This document shows positions 32,548 to 45,200 of a DNA stretch of 64,000 nt, in pieces. Source of the DNA: Amoebophrya sp. A120 (lineage: Eukaryota > Protista > Dinoflagellata); NCBI GenBank assembly GCA_905178155.1, contig CAJINV010000004.1, positions 814,629 through 878,628 of the forward strand. Reading direction: 5' to 3'. A program made the translations under genes and the position numbers. The notes beneath the pieces are model-generated. The model was not told the DNA's origin and searched no databases. It was given only the letters and a program-made list of their open reading frames with translations. Numbering within the stretch: the first letter of the stretch is position 1; each line of letters opens with the position of its first letter.

Positions 32548-35500
32548 TCAGTTCCCGCCGTATCCCGGTTCGTGGAAGAACTTGCAGTTATCCCCCCGGA
32601 AGCAGCGACCGGCTCGGAAGTCCATGCAGGGTACGAAGTCATTATTTCCTCCGCCGCCACTGTAGTCGTCGAAACCACCCATGTTCATCTGTCTTCCACC
32701 ACCGCCGCCCATGAAATTCTGCTGCGATGGGGGTGGCGGTCCACCAGCACCGCCCGTAAAATTGTTCTGGTTTCCACCACCTCCCTTCCCTCCGCCACCC
32801 CTCCTGGGGCTGCGCTCGCGGTTACTCGTCCTGACGTTGCGCGCGTTGCCTGGGTCGTTGCTACGGTCCGGTGCACGGAACTCGTGCACAAAGCGGCAAT
32901 CCGGACGAAGACACTTGCCCAGCTGAAAATCACCGCAGAGTTCCTGATTTGTGTTTTATACGACCGGTAATATATATAAAGCAGGGGTTTGGTGGGGTCG
33001 CAGGGGTTATTTTTGTCTAGCGTCGGAAGAGCAGAACCGCGGGAGCCAAAGCCCTCCCGTCTGAGGCTGCGCGGTTTGGCCAATTTGGTACCCTACCCCG
33101 TTTCGCCTAATTTTATACCCTCACCCGATTCGCCTACTTTTGTACCCTACCCCGATTTGGCTAATTTTGTACCCTCCCCGAATTTTATACCCTAGACCGA
33201 TTTCCCTAATTTTGTACCCTTGCACGCCTTGGGCCGGTAGTTTCGCACCCTAACCCGATCAACGTAATTTTGCGCCTTCCCCCGATCTTCCCAATGTTGC
33301 ACCCTGCCACGGTTTGCCCAGTTGTGACCTCCCCTCGCCCGGTTTGCCTAAGTTTGCGCGCTGCCCCGATTCGCCTCACTGCGCGCCCTGCCTCGGCCCC
33401 CATGGTTTCATGGATGCGGAAACACGGAAACCGGGAATCACGGAAACCGGGAAACACGGAAACCGGGAATCACGGAAACCGGGAAACACGGAAACCGGGA
33501 AACACGGAAACCGGGAAACACGGAAACCGGGAAACACGGAANCCGGGAAACGCGGAAACCGGGAAACGCGGAAACCGGGAAACGCGGAAACCGGGAAACG
33601 CGGAAACCGGGAAACGCGGAAACCGGGAAACGCGGAAACCGGGAAACGCGGAAACCGGGAAACGCGGAAACCGGGAAACGCGGAAACCGGGAAACGCGGA
33701 AACCGGGAAACGCGGAAACCGGGAAACGCGGAAACCGGGAAACGCGGAAACCGGGAAACGCGGAAACCGGGAAACGCGGAAACCGGGAAACGCGGAAACC
33801 GGGAAACGCGGAAACCGGGAAACGCGGAAACCGGGAAACGCGGAAGCTAGCCGGGAAAGACGGAGGCCGGGAGGAGTCCGCCCGCCCCAGTGTTTTGTGC
33901 GTGTGGTCCATCCGCCCCAGTGATTTGCGCGCGTGGTCCATCCGCCTCAGTGTTTTGCGCGTGTAGTCCATCCGCCTCAGTGTTTCACGCGTGTGGTCCA
34001 TCCGCCTCAGTGTTTTGCGCGTGTGGTCCATCCGCCTCAGTGTTTTGCACGTGTGGTCCATCCGCCTCAGTAAAGGGAGTATCGCGCCCGAGATTCCGCG
34101 ACGGGCGACCTCGCGCCCTACCCGCCGCCCGGCTTGCGGCATTGGCAACAAAGCCGGCCCCGCGCCAGCGCCCGACAACACTGCACCCGGGGCGCTTTCA
34201 CACACTCACAGTCACCAAGGGCGGCGCCAAGGGTTTTGCGCGTCTGGTCCATCGGCCCCAGTGTTTTGCGCGTGTGGTCCATCCGCCTCAGTGTTTTGCG
34301 CGTGTGGCCCATCCGCCTCAGTAAAGGGAGTATCGCGCCCGAGATTCCGCGACGAGCGACCTCGTGCCCTACCCGCCGCCCGGCTTGCGGGCCGGCGGCA
34401 TTGGCAACAAGGCCGGCCCCACGCCAGCGCCCGACAGCACTGCACTCGAGGCGCCTTCACAGTCGCCAAGGGCGGCGCCAAGGGTTTTGCGCGTGTGGCC
34501 CATCCGCCCCAGTGTTTTGCGCGTGTGGTCCATCCGCCCCAGGGTTTTGCGCGTGTGGCCGATCCGCCCCAATGTTTTGCGCCTGTGGTCGATCCGCCTC
34601 AGTGTTTTTCGCGTGTGGTCCATCCGCCCCAGTGTTTTGCGAGTGAGGTCCGTCCGCCCCAGTGAAGGAAGTATCGCGCCCGAGATTCCGCGACGAGCGA
34701 CCTCGCGCCCTACCCGCCGCCCGGCTTGCGGGCGGGCCGGCATTGGCAACAAGGCCGGCCCCACGCCAGCGCGCCCGCGACAGCACTGCACCCGAGGCGC
34801 CCCCACAGTCGCCAAGGGCGGCGAAAAGGGTTTGCGCGTGTGGTCCATCCACCCAAGTGCTTTGCGCGCGTGGTCCATCCGCCCCAGTGTTTTGCGCGTG
34901 TGGTCCATCCGCCCCAGTGCTTTGCGCGCGTGGCCCATCCGCCCCAGTCAGTGCATTGCGAGCGAGGTCCGCCCGCCCCAGTGTTTTGCGCGTGAGGTCC
35001 GTCCGCCCCAGCGTTTTGCGAGTGAGGTCCGTCCGCCCCAGTAAAGGGAGCACCGCGCCCAAGATTCCGCGATGAGCGACCCCGCGCCCTACCCCGCGCG
35101 CCGTCGCCCCTCCTTCCCGTCCTCGCCTAGTTCTTCTCTTCCCCTCCCGCCCCTGCGACCGCACTATTTTTCCTAGAGATTCCTTCCCCCGAGCTAGTAT
35201 GTGAATGAATGATCTACCCAACTGACGGGGGTACCCAACTGACCAAATAATCAATGAAGTACACCTACACACCCAAAAATTGCATTGATGATAAACTGCT
35301 TTATTGCGTCCTCTGATGTGTGCTTCAAAAAACAAGTAGAACAAGAAGCAGCAGGCTGAGGTTCAGGTTGACGAAATCCAATACCTTTCGCATTTGCGGT
35401 CCCCCGGCGCCGCCACCGCCCCGTCGTTGTCGCGTCTGGCCGGCGGCGGCCCGTCTGCCGCGGATCCGGTTTGACGTGCCCTCGAATACATAGCCCGCAT

Positions 35501-37841
35501 TTTCCGCCTCTTCCCGGATCATGTGCAGGAATCGGCAGTCGAACCGCGCACACTTGCCCAACCGCCAGTCGGCGCAGAGCTCCGTAGGGCCGCTGTAGAC
35601 GTCTCCAGTATTGCCGTCGCGCAGCAGCAGGCTTGTGTCGTGCGAAAATTTGCACCGGCTGCCGCGGTCGCACCGGTTGTTCAAAAAGTCGTTGCAAATC
35701 TCGAGCGAAGTAGGATTGCGGTTACCGCCCATGTTGCTATTGCGATTATCATAATCGCCACCACGGCCGCCGCGACCTCGAGATCTGCGCCCACCGTCGT
35801 TCATCTGTGGTTTGAATTTTACGTTAGTTTTTCAGATCGTCGCTTGTTCAAGAACATTCTTGTTCGTGCATGCAACAAAAGCAGGGTTTCATCTGACAGA
35901 TCGTCGTGAAAAAGAGGCATATCCATATCATAACATAACATTTCCCAAGCTCGACGAGCATCAGCACCATGATGCAAAGAAACTAGAGCCCGCCGCTACA
36001 AGCAGTTTTTACCTGTCTTCCCCCGCCATTATTCGCTTCCAAGCTGCCGCTGAGGTCATGCGAAAATTTACAGTTGGCGCCCCTCATGCAGCGGTCCGCC
36101 TTGAACTCGCCGCAAATTTCCACGCCATTGCGATCTCTGGAGCGCTCGCGGTCCCGGCCAGAGAGCTGCCTTGATGTGTTGTTCGACATGCTCCGACCGT
36201 TCATGTTATTGCCTCCCCGAGGACCACCACCTCTTTGCGTTGGACCTCCACCCCGACCGCCCCGAGGACCGCCGCCGCCCATGTTATTGTTGCTGCGGCT
36301 GTCTTCGTAGTCGTCCTCGTCGCCGAACTGACTGTTCATGCTGTTATTCCTACTGGCGCTGTTGAAGGTGGGAAACAGGCGGTTGTTTGCGTCCTCGCAC
36401 ACGGGCGAATCATCTTCATCCCCCATGTGCATGTAATTGTCCTCGAAGGGGTTCTGCGTGTTATTGGACTTGATAGCATTTCCACCTCGTCCACCCCTAG
36501 CTCCGCCCCGGTTATTGTTGTCATTACCTCTATTGTTGCCACCAGGAGCACAACCTCGTGGTGGCAGGCGTTGTAGGTTGTTTCTTTCAGCTGCACCTCC
36601 CGTCTTCGACGTGTTCGTCATTCTGTTCTGATTTCGGTTCTCGCTCATATCGTCAACACTATCCATCATCATACCGGGTACGTTTTTCATTCCCGGCGGC
36701 GGGACGTAATCTTTGCCGAGCAGTTGCTTCTTCAGGATTTCGAACATCGGGTGGCTCAAACTTGGGTGGTACTTGTTGCAGTCCATGCCCTCGGAGCAGT
36801 GGACGCCGCTCTTGTCGGCGTCCTCCATCGGGTTGCGAATCCACTCCGCGCAAACCTCCACGTGCAACTCTGCCAGGGTGTTGTGGTTTTCGGGGTGCGC
36901 GCCGTCGCATTCCTCCTGGTCCTTTATGGATGTGTCAGAGTTGAAATCGACAAAGTTGAAATAATTTGTCATGCATAAAATGGATGCCAGGTGGAACCCA
37001 GTTTCCAAGTGGCGCATGACAAATTTCGGCGGTCCCTAAATCCAGGCTGTCACGCTGTTTAGGCAAAGAAGGGCGATTTTCTCATGCTACTTTAGCAGCT
37101 CGAGCTGTAACCCCAAACAGGCTCACAATCGGCCTCACTTGCCTGCTCTGCAACACACGCGCCTCGGGTCATGCATCTTATGCATTACAGATTATTTCAA
37201 CTTTGACGATTTCAAACCTGACGCTTCCATATCCTTGAAGCAGTTGTTATTCAGGTAGTCGTATCCTGTGCAAAAGTATCGTACTCGTATTGCGATCATG
37301 CATTACAAATTTTTTTCTCAAGGTAAATCCGCATTACAAATTTTATTTCTCATGCTGAGGAAATTTGTAATGCATTTATACGAGTACGATTCTTTTGCAG
37401 TTCACAAGTCGCTGCAAACCGGAACGGTTTTGTCCTTGGTATTGGGGTCTATGTTCCAGCAGGCGGGTGGGTGGAAATACCTGGGTTTAGGGAAGATGGA
37501 GGTGCAACAACAGCATGAGAGCAACGCCGTAAATCATGCACTCACGCATTTTCTACAATTTGAATTTCAATTTCCAATTTCTATTTCTCCCGCTTGTATG
37601 ATAACTCAAGAAGAACGGTAGAAAGCAAAAGTATTGCACTTGTGGTTGTGTTCTTGAGAACAAATTATCGCTACTTGCATTCCACCCGGTCGCACTTCCC
37701 CTTCAGAAAGTCGGCGCAAAGGGGGACCTTCCCGCGGTGTTTTCGCACATTCACCGGGTCGTCCACGTGGGCAAAGCGGCAGTCGCGCAAGTTGCACTCC
37801 CCCCGCTCAAATTTGCGGCACATTTGAAGCATGAGCACCAT
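32548..37841 (-). CDS. Muscleblind-like multi-CCCH zinc-finger/RGG RNA-binding protein (~662 aa, 9 CCCH-type fingers)
   Basis: Exons 37841-37675, 37480-37407, 37256-37232, 36919-36013, 35804-35385, 32943-32548 total 1989 nt in frame. The first finger pair CRKFERGECNLRDCRFAH...CADFLKGKCDRVECKYFHPP resembles the MBNL tandem zinc finger. Three GT-AG introns and two introners. Start uncertain (possible short exon near 38041). Confidence 0.8.
33080..33270. repeat. Degenerate ~28-bp tandem repeat (AATTTTGTACCCT.CCCGATT..CCT)
   Basis: About 6 decayed units at the start of the intronic repeat block. Confidence 0.75.
33417..33845. repeat. 16-bp minisatellite (CGGAAACCGGGAAACG), about 27 copies
   Basis: Near-perfect tandem array. 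The variant changes near the N at 33542, so the true length may be collapsed in the assembly. Confidence 0.95.
33880..35095. repeat. Higher-order satellite: runs of a 30-bp unit (TGTTTTGCGCGTGTGGTCCATCCGCCYCAG) alternating with a ~160-bp GC-rich unit
   Basis: The long unit (gtaaagggagtatcgcgcccgagattccgcgacg...) starts at about 34070, 34321, 34662 and 35041, separated by 3-7 copies of the 30-mer. Confidence 0.9.
36925..37231. mobile_element. Introner family B, 307 bp
   Basis: ~55-bp TIR tatggatgtgtcagagttgaaatcgacaaagttgaaataat...; TSD tcctt. Removal completes the finger CSDYLNNNCFKD|QEECDGAH. Homologous to 46286-46593. Confidence 0.93.
37262..37406. mobile_element. Introner family C, 145 bp
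   Basis: TIR tatcctgtgcaaaagtatcgtactcgta (outer 7 nt of the right copy diverged); TSD agtcg. Reverse complement of 47143-47290. Confidence 0.9.
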
Positions 37842-39392
37842 TTTGCGTGAAGATGTCGTGTGGCTTTGGCAGGAGTGATAAGTTTTGTTTGCGCAAAGCC
37901 AAAAGTAGAAGCAAAAGAACAAGAAAGAGCTTTGCGTCGTGTTATTTTACTTTCAAAAAAAAACGGCACCGCGTGGCCCAAGGAAACAAAAGCGCAAGCT
38001 CTGGTCGACTACAGTGAGCTCGCTTGATTTCCTTTCTTCATCTTCCTAATTTTCGCGCTTTTTCATTGAATTCACAATCCAGTCGCAATGGCTTCTCGCA
38101 CTGTGAAAATTATCCAGACGATGATGAATGTTGCTGGCGAGTATGCTGCTCTTGCTTTCGAGGATGGAGCGAGCAATAGTTGTATTGCAAGGGCAATGGC
38201 AGGGCCGACGATAAAATTTAAACGCCAGTCCTCCTCAGGATTTTTGCAATGTTGACGAGAGGAAAAAGTATGGCGCGAGGCAAATAATGATACGGCTGTG
38301 ATTTCTCTTCCCTGAACGTCGCTCGACGTGAAAAGGATCGAAAATTAGAATCACGAAGCTCTAGGCGCTGCATAGATTGGGATTGCTGAGGATCCTTCTT
38401 GAAGAGCGCGTTTCTTTCATACGATGACGATGTGTTTACGTTTAGGTTTACTAGAGAAGGCGTTCTCGAGCTAAAAAGAAAGTAGATCTTGAGCCGGGCA
38501 ATTGATGATGTTCTTCGCTTGCATAGATCCTGGGGCTTTGGCCTACGTGGTTTTGTATTCTTGCAATATGATGAATCGTTTAGGCTTGCAAGCACTTTGC
38601 AGAGTGTTGATTCTTCTGCTGAATCTACTACCAGTACATGTTCATGGCGTTGTACTACTTGCGCAATCTGTCTGGTAGAAAATCAACCGAGCGGCGCGCG
38701 GGCAAAAAGGCAGTCAGTCAACGTCTCGCGCTTTTTTCTTTTTGTGTAACTCGTCTGGGCAGGTGTGAGCTCTCGCAAAATTTTGTATCCGAGGCTGAGG
38801 CACCAGCAGCACTTACTCGCAAGATGAACGCGCAGATTTTCTTTTCTGTCACTACTTTTTGTTTTTTAGTGCGGCGCTTAGTGTTTATGTTTTGTTGCTC
38901 GCTGGAGTCCCAGATAGGGCTAGACACTAGCACGAGCGCGCTCTGTTTCGCTTTGGCGCATGAAGTAGATGCAGCTGTTGTAAAAAAATGGACAGACTGC
39001 GGCTCGCACAACTTGATTGCAGGACTTCGATAGATGGAACACACGTAAGTTTGAAGATAACAAGTGATTCAGACGACCGGAGCGGGCCGTAGTTTTCAAA
39101 ATTCATGTCGCTCGTGCAGCTGGCAATTTCATTTCTTTCTATTCTTTGCTGACAGACTGCACATTCGCTTCTCCACAAAAGCTGCGATGCAAGAAGCTAC
39201 AATCATGGGACTCCTGTGCAATAAAGTTTTTATCAATACATCAACCGAAGATCGCAGAAGTAGCACATGATCTTGCAGCATCTATGGTGGAAAAGAAGGT
39301 AGTTCGCAAAAGTTGAAAACAGCAGGTCAATCCATGTCTAACACCGTCTTGTACCCTTTCATCCGTGTCATGGAACAAGATGAAGCACTTAT

Positions 39393-41417
39393 TCACTCCA
39401 CCGGCCCGCCCTTGATGTTCATTGGCGGGGAGAACTGTGCTGCTCCGACACTGAAGGCCGCTCCCCCTCCAGCAGAGTAGGAGCTCTGTGCACCGGCACT
39501 GCCAGCTGTCATGCTCCCGCCTATAATCACGCTCGCCGTGGTCGACACAGTACTGCTGGTGATCGTCGTCAGCTCGCTCTCGTCATCATTCGCTTGATCC
39601 TTCTCCGGGCTCTCGAGGTCGAAATCCACAGCATGCTGTACAGCTGGAGGTATCATGCTGCTACCGTGCACTAAATTCGTTCCGAATTTCACCTCCAAAT
39701 ACCACCGAACAGCAAGCGCCAGCCCGTTCGCGACCGTCCCGCAGAAGTTCTGAATCAGCACGGGTTTTTGGTTGATCAGCACGCCCTGAATCGTCCAGAC
39801 GAAGGCACAGGAAAAGGAGAACAAATTCATGACGAAGCTGCCCATCACCTGCGGGTTCCCCGTCTCCAGAGCCTGCTGAATCACAAACAGAGGGCTGGTT
39901 AGAAGTAGTAGCCCAATCAAACAGGCGAGGTACCCGATAGTGTCGTGTGCGACGTTGCTTTGTGGATTTTTGCTTCCACTTGAAGAAGCTTCAGAGGATG
40001 ATGAAGTTGTAGCTCCTCGTCCTGCTGCTCCATTTGCTATTTCCATAGTGTTCTGCTCGAAAACAAACGCCATCCAATGCAGCACGACGCCGATCACCGC
40101 GATCAGGATCACGAGATTCATCTGCAAGCGGTATTGCTGCTTAAATAAAGACACCGTCGGAGAATTACTGGCAGCACTGCCCAGAAACTTCGGGTAGAGA
40201 TACAAATAGACCACGCCCAAAACCAGGCCGACAACGTTTGGAATCAGCACCACCGGCTGCGCGTCCTTGCTTAGATGTAACCCGAACAGCAGCCACAGAA
40301 AGCACTGGGTGGTTTGTGACGTCAGCGGGAGTGGTGGGAGGGAGAACGAGGCTCCAGCACTTCCACCGACACCACCCGCATTCGCACTGTTCCGATCGGC
40401 TTGTTTCCACGCGGGGTAGAAGACGGAAACCCCGGGGCTGAGAAACATAAAAAAGGGCAGGAACATGCAGAGGGAATCCAGGAGGAGGCGCGCGAAGGAA
40501 GAGGTCGCGGTCGTGGGTGCAGCATTCGCCGAATTTTCTTCTAGTTCCGCGATCTGGGGGTTGGAGGTTTTTGCATCTTCACCACCCGGACCGGAGGAAA
40601 ATTCCAACGTGGGCTCGTCCGGGTCGGACAACCGTCTACTTCCACTGGCAGTGGTAGCTGCTGAGCCGGTCGCACTTTGTGTTGTAGTACCATAAAAATC
40701 GCGTCCCTGCTCCAAATCCTGCAAGTTTTGCAAAACATTCGCCATGTCGTTCCGCAACGTGCTCGGCGTCAGCAGGTGTGCCGCGGAAAGCCAGCGTTTG
40801 TTGGAAAGCGACAGCGCCAAGGTGGTGGAGCTGGATTGTGCAGAACTCGTGCGCCGTTTTTGTAGTGATGACGACACTGCTGAAGAGTCCTCGTGCGTTG
40901 AGCTGTGTAAAGATGATGCAAAGGTAGACTTCGTCGTCCTGGCCATCAAATTGTGCAACCTAAGATGACCCCCGTGCTGCGCTTCTGCGTCGTGTCGTGC
41001 CATCATCGTTGCCGCGTGCCGTTTATTTCCCGCTGCAGCAGTCAGAGTCTTCTCCATTTCTGATTGCCTGTTTTGCATTTCTTCATCCGCTTCATCATCC
41101 TGTTGATGTTGTGCAGCTAGACGAGAAGATGATGCTCCTCCCACGGACGACGACTTACTCGCAGTGTTACGCTCGTCCAAGAGAACCGCAAGACCACCCT
41201 TCGCTTTGTTCTTGGAGCTGGCTATGGGTATGGCTTCGCTTGTTTTCGTGCCAACTACGTAATTACCCGTCGCTTCGCCCTCGTTTGACGTGGTTGTGGT
41301 CGTCTCAGGGACTGAGGGCAAGGTGCGCCCGACAGCTGAGGCTGCGAAGAACGACCCGAGAGCAATGAGGGACAGCAGAAGCTGCAAAAGCGCTGGCCAT
41401 TTTCTTCGCTTCCGCAT
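39393..41417 (-). CDS. SWEET (MtN3/saliva) sugar transporter with long N-terminal extension
   Basis: Two MtN3 repeats: FFMFLSP...PLP...QCFLWLLFG...LIPNVVGLVLG and LLTSPL...SCAFVWTIQGVL...VLIQNFCG. N-terminal signal-like helix. Intronless, 674 aa. Confidence 0.85.
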   Translation of the reverse strand: MRKRRKWPALLQLLLSLIALGSFFAASAVGRTLPSVPETTTTTSNEGEATGNYVVGTKTSEAIPIASSKNKAKGGLAVLLDERNTASKSSSVGGASSSRLAAQHQQDDEADEEMQNRQSEMEKTLTAAAGNKRHAATMMARHDAEAQHGGHLRLHNLMARTTKSTFASSLHSSTHEDSSAVSSSLQKRRTSSAQSSSTTLALSLSNKRWLSAAHLLTPSTLRNDMANVLQNLQDLEQGRDFYGTTTQSATGSAATTASGSRRLSDPDEPTLEFSSGPGGEDAKTSNPQIAELEENSANAAPTTATSSFARLLLDSLCMFLPFFMFLSPGVSVFYPAWKQADRNSANAGGVGGSAGASFSLPPLPLTSQTTQCFLWLLFGLHLSKDAQPVVLIPNVVGLVLGVVYLYLYPKFLGSAASNSPTVSLFKQQYRLQMNLVILIAVIGVVLHWMAFVFEQNTMEIANGAAGRGATTSSSSEASSSGSKNPQSNVAHDTIGYLACLIGLLLLTSPLFVIQQALETGNPQVMGSFVMNLFSFSCAFVWTIQGVLINQKPVLIQNFCGTVANGLALAVRWYLEVKFGTNLVHGSSMIPPAVQHAVDFDLESPEKDQANDDESELTTITSSTVSTTASVIIGGSMTAGSAGAQSSYSAGGGAAFSVGAAQFSPPMNIKGGPVE

Positions 41418-42294
41418 TGTCGTGTACAGAAAGTTAAAGTAGAATCAGAATGATCCTAATTGAGTGTCAGCAGGAGTGAAAGAGTGTCAGCAGGAGTGAA
41501 AGTAGTCACTCCTGCTGAAAATAGCAATCCGAATCCCGTTGATCCTAAGAAGAACTTCCTAAATTCGTTAATACCTTGCATCTTCATGATCATGCTGCAG
41601 TCGCGCGCTACTTTCCGGTATTACACAGGGCGACGCAATCAATTCCATATCGCTCAAAAGAAACATGAGATGAAGCGGAAAACTTCTACACTCAAGTACG
41701 ATTTGCGACTTTCGACATACATAGAAGATAACAACTACGAAGTGAGTTTAGTACCTGTACCATCCTCGGCAACAGATGTTTCCGCTGCCGCGCTGCAAAG
41801 ACCTGTAGAAAAAACACTGCAGCACACGCACACGGGCGGAGACGGAACTCAACAAATTACAAGCCCACGCCGGCACGCGAAAACTTTTTTTGGCACCAAG
41901 CACACTTCTGCTTGATGACGTTGAAAAACTTTTACAAGTAGAAGAACTTCGTTTGGAAAATTTTTGCTCCACCCCCAAGCCAAGAACTTGTCCGAGATTT
42001 TTGAGCATTGAAATTCAATTCAAGCCGCAGTACAAAAATGTGTAGTGCCGCATCAACTACGTACGTGGTCGTGGTCGGAAGATTTTAAGTAAAAGTAAAT
42101 TCAGAAATACGTCGCCTTTGAAAAAATCTAAAGCCAAGGAAAGTTGTCATTTGTGAAAGAAAGCACGAAATACTAGTGACGTCCTCAGACTTTTCCACTG
42201 AGCCGCCGCAACGCTGGTGAAGTCCGGCTCCAGTTCCAATTGCAAGAAATCGTGATGAAACTACAAAACTATCGAAAAACGGAAACACATTTTA

Positions 42295-45200
42295 TCAAAA
42301 CGAAAAGCCGATTCCCGGGTTGGAGATTTGGCGCATGATTTCGATGACCTGCCCGTCTGGATTGTAGGTGGTCAACTTGACAAAAGACGGCTCCATCACG
42401 GAATCCAGGATGTGCTCCACGTCCGCCTGCTTCAAAACCCCCTCCTTGGTCAGGTGCTGCAGCATGGTGCTCTTATTGATCAAGAGCAGTCGGGCGGCCA
42501 AGATGTGTTCCAACATGATGAACATCTCGGGCGACTGTTTGTGCAGCTGGTACAGCTTCTCCGCCATGGCAGCTTCCAGTAAGTGGTTCACCGTGTTTTT
42601 GATGTGCGGAAAATCATCGAACACGGGCAGTTCCTCGATCAGAGTTTCGTTCACGATGATGAACGCGAAAATCGCCTCAAAATGCCGCTTGGAAATGTCC
42701 CACTTCGTGCGGAGCAGGCTAGATTCCGAAGGTTTGAACCACCTGCGCTGCTGATTATGATTTTTCTGGGAAGAAGCTTTTGCTTGTTTCGCTTTCTTCT
42801 CCTTCTGGAGCTGCTGTTTGTTTTTCGATTGAGCATTGCTATCGTCTGCTCCTTCCATGAGCTCTTTAGTCGTAGCACGACCACCACCAGCTCCTGCTCC
42901 CTGCAGATCATTGAGACTCGTGCTTTCCGCCAGACAGAGGCTGCTCCCGCTGTCGCCGTGGAGCCAATTGCTGAATTTCCACCGCAGGCCGACGCCGGAA
43001 CTCAAGCAGTGGAGTAAGCAGTCCCAGAAGACTTCCAAACTGGCCTCGCACTGCACTCGGTGGGGCTGGAGGTGGAGTTCCGGAAAGTGTCCGTTCGTCA
43101 GAAAGCAGTACTCTTGCAGCTCCCCCTGGACCGCCTCTTGTGCGTATTCGAAGGCCTCTATCACATGTAAAAATGTCTGGGTCTGGAAGAATTCATGTTT
43201 GTCATGCTTGTCTGGCATGACCCTTAAATCTGTCATGCACGTTACCCAAGAGCTCCGCTTTTCTGTGATGCAGAAGCGCACTTTGTCATGCAGAATAGGC
43301 AACGCCTAGGAGCTCAGAAACTTGTCATGCTGAGCCAGCATCTGTAGCCTCATCATGAGACGCCACCCAGCATCACAAGTTTCCAGACCCAGACATTTTT
43401 ACATTTGGTAGCCTCCATCAAGGCACGATACGTCAACTCGGAAATCACTTGCAACTCGTACATATCAAATGCAAAAGTGTCTGGGTCGGGAAGATTGCGA
43501 GATTTGTCATGCTTGTCTGGGATGACCAAAAAGTTTGTGATGCATTTCCAAGAAGACACCCTTTCGTCTGTTATGCATTGTCATGCGAAAAACGCAACAC
43601 AACGAAGCGCAGATATTTCTCATGCTTGGCTGGGCATTGCAGAGCATTCACTATTCCCAACACAGCATTACAAGTTTCCAGACCCAGACATATTTGCATT
43701 TGATAGTACAGTTCGCTGTACCCCGCGAAAGACGCGTCGAGGATGGTTTGGTACAGCTCCGCAGCGGTTTCAATGTCCGCCGTGATCGCCTGCCGCACGT
43801 TCAGCATGGAAATCGTGTTGGACATGTTGTGCGGATTGGAACTGTTGGGCGCATAATTACTGTTGCAGCTTTTGCTGCCGGACGCGAGGAAGGTGTTGTC
43901 ATCTTCATCAGAGTTGTTGCCAGATTTTTGCAGCCCGTCGGGCGAAGATCCATCTCCACAACCTGCTGCTCCACGAAGACGACCGCTCCCGCGGCCAATG
44001 CGATCCTGTTCGCAGGAGCGGTGTCTGGGTAGAGACGGTGGCCGGTGCGGCGTGCGCAGGTTTGTGTCGTTGATGATTGTACCACCTGCGATGTTGCTTG
44101 TGTCAACTGCATGAGCTGCTTGCGGACCTGTTCCGTTGAACCCCGAAGTTGTAGATAATGGAAGCAGTACCCCTGCCGAATTCCTCCTTCGCTGTTGTTC
44201 TACTTGCTGTTGATGTCCCGCACCTCCCGCCCGAGCAGCTTTGTCTTGGCTGATAGACCGCCGGAATTCATCCAGAACTAAAAGCGACGAAGTGGAAGCC
44301 TTCTTATTTTGCAGCAACTCCTCGCTCATTTCACTCGTACTGTCCCGCGGACCACCTCCTCTGGTGGGAAACATACCACGGGTAGATGATTTCATAGTAG
44401 TTCCGAATGCCCCACCGTCCACCTCCTCTTCCCCCCCTCCACCTACCGGAAGCGGCGATTCGTTGTCGATAATGGAGATCCTTACGCTCTTCCGCGCCTC
44501 CCCGCGGTTGTCGATGTTCGAGGACGCGCGGCCGCGGGTGCTGTTCTGGAGGATGGATTTTGGCTGCAGGAGGGCGGCAGTGGTCATCGTCATGCTGGGC
44601 GAAACCGCGAGTTCGGGGTGGTCTTCGAACATGGAGTTCTTATTCATCAGGTCGGAGGAACTCTCTTGATGACCATGTATTTCGTCCTGCTCCACGAGCT
44701 CCGCTGAATTCCGGCCAGTTTTACAGATGATGCTGTTCTTCGCAGTCTTCGTCCTGGTTGTAGTTGACGTAGTTTTGTCATTTGCAAAAACGTCCGCCAC
44801 AGCAGCTCCGCTATTTAATGTCGCAGTTTCTTCAACAGCTCCACCACAACCGACATTTTCGTCCACAGACTGCCTGTGCGCGGCCGGCGTGATGTCTGCG
44901 TCTTGGTCGGTCTCTGATTCGTCGTAACTGCGCCGTAGCATCTCTTCATTCGCAATCAGATGATCCTCCAACTGGGAGCTAGTGCTGTTTCGTTTATTGA
45001 TATTGGCACAGGCGCCAACGTTTACGTTATGCCCGTTATTGTTCATCCCAACGCCGCCTACATCCAACACCGAGCCATTCACGAGATCAATCTTCGAGCT
45101 GGCTCCAAAATCAGTTCCACCAGGACCTTCGTTGCTTTTCAGTTTTTCCGTGTGCTTCGTGACGCGTTGGTTCTTGATCGCTTTGTTAAAGAAGCGAATC

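Noticed and set aside
33880-35095. CRISPR-like appearance of 30-bp repeats with longer intervening segments
   Set aside because: Units are head-to-tail, the intervening segments are copies of each other rather than unique spacers, there are no cas genes, and the block lies in a eukaryotic intron.
33270-35344. Long ORFs such as GNAETGKRGNRETRKP repeats
   Set aside because: Translations of GC-rich satellites inside a GT-AG intron.
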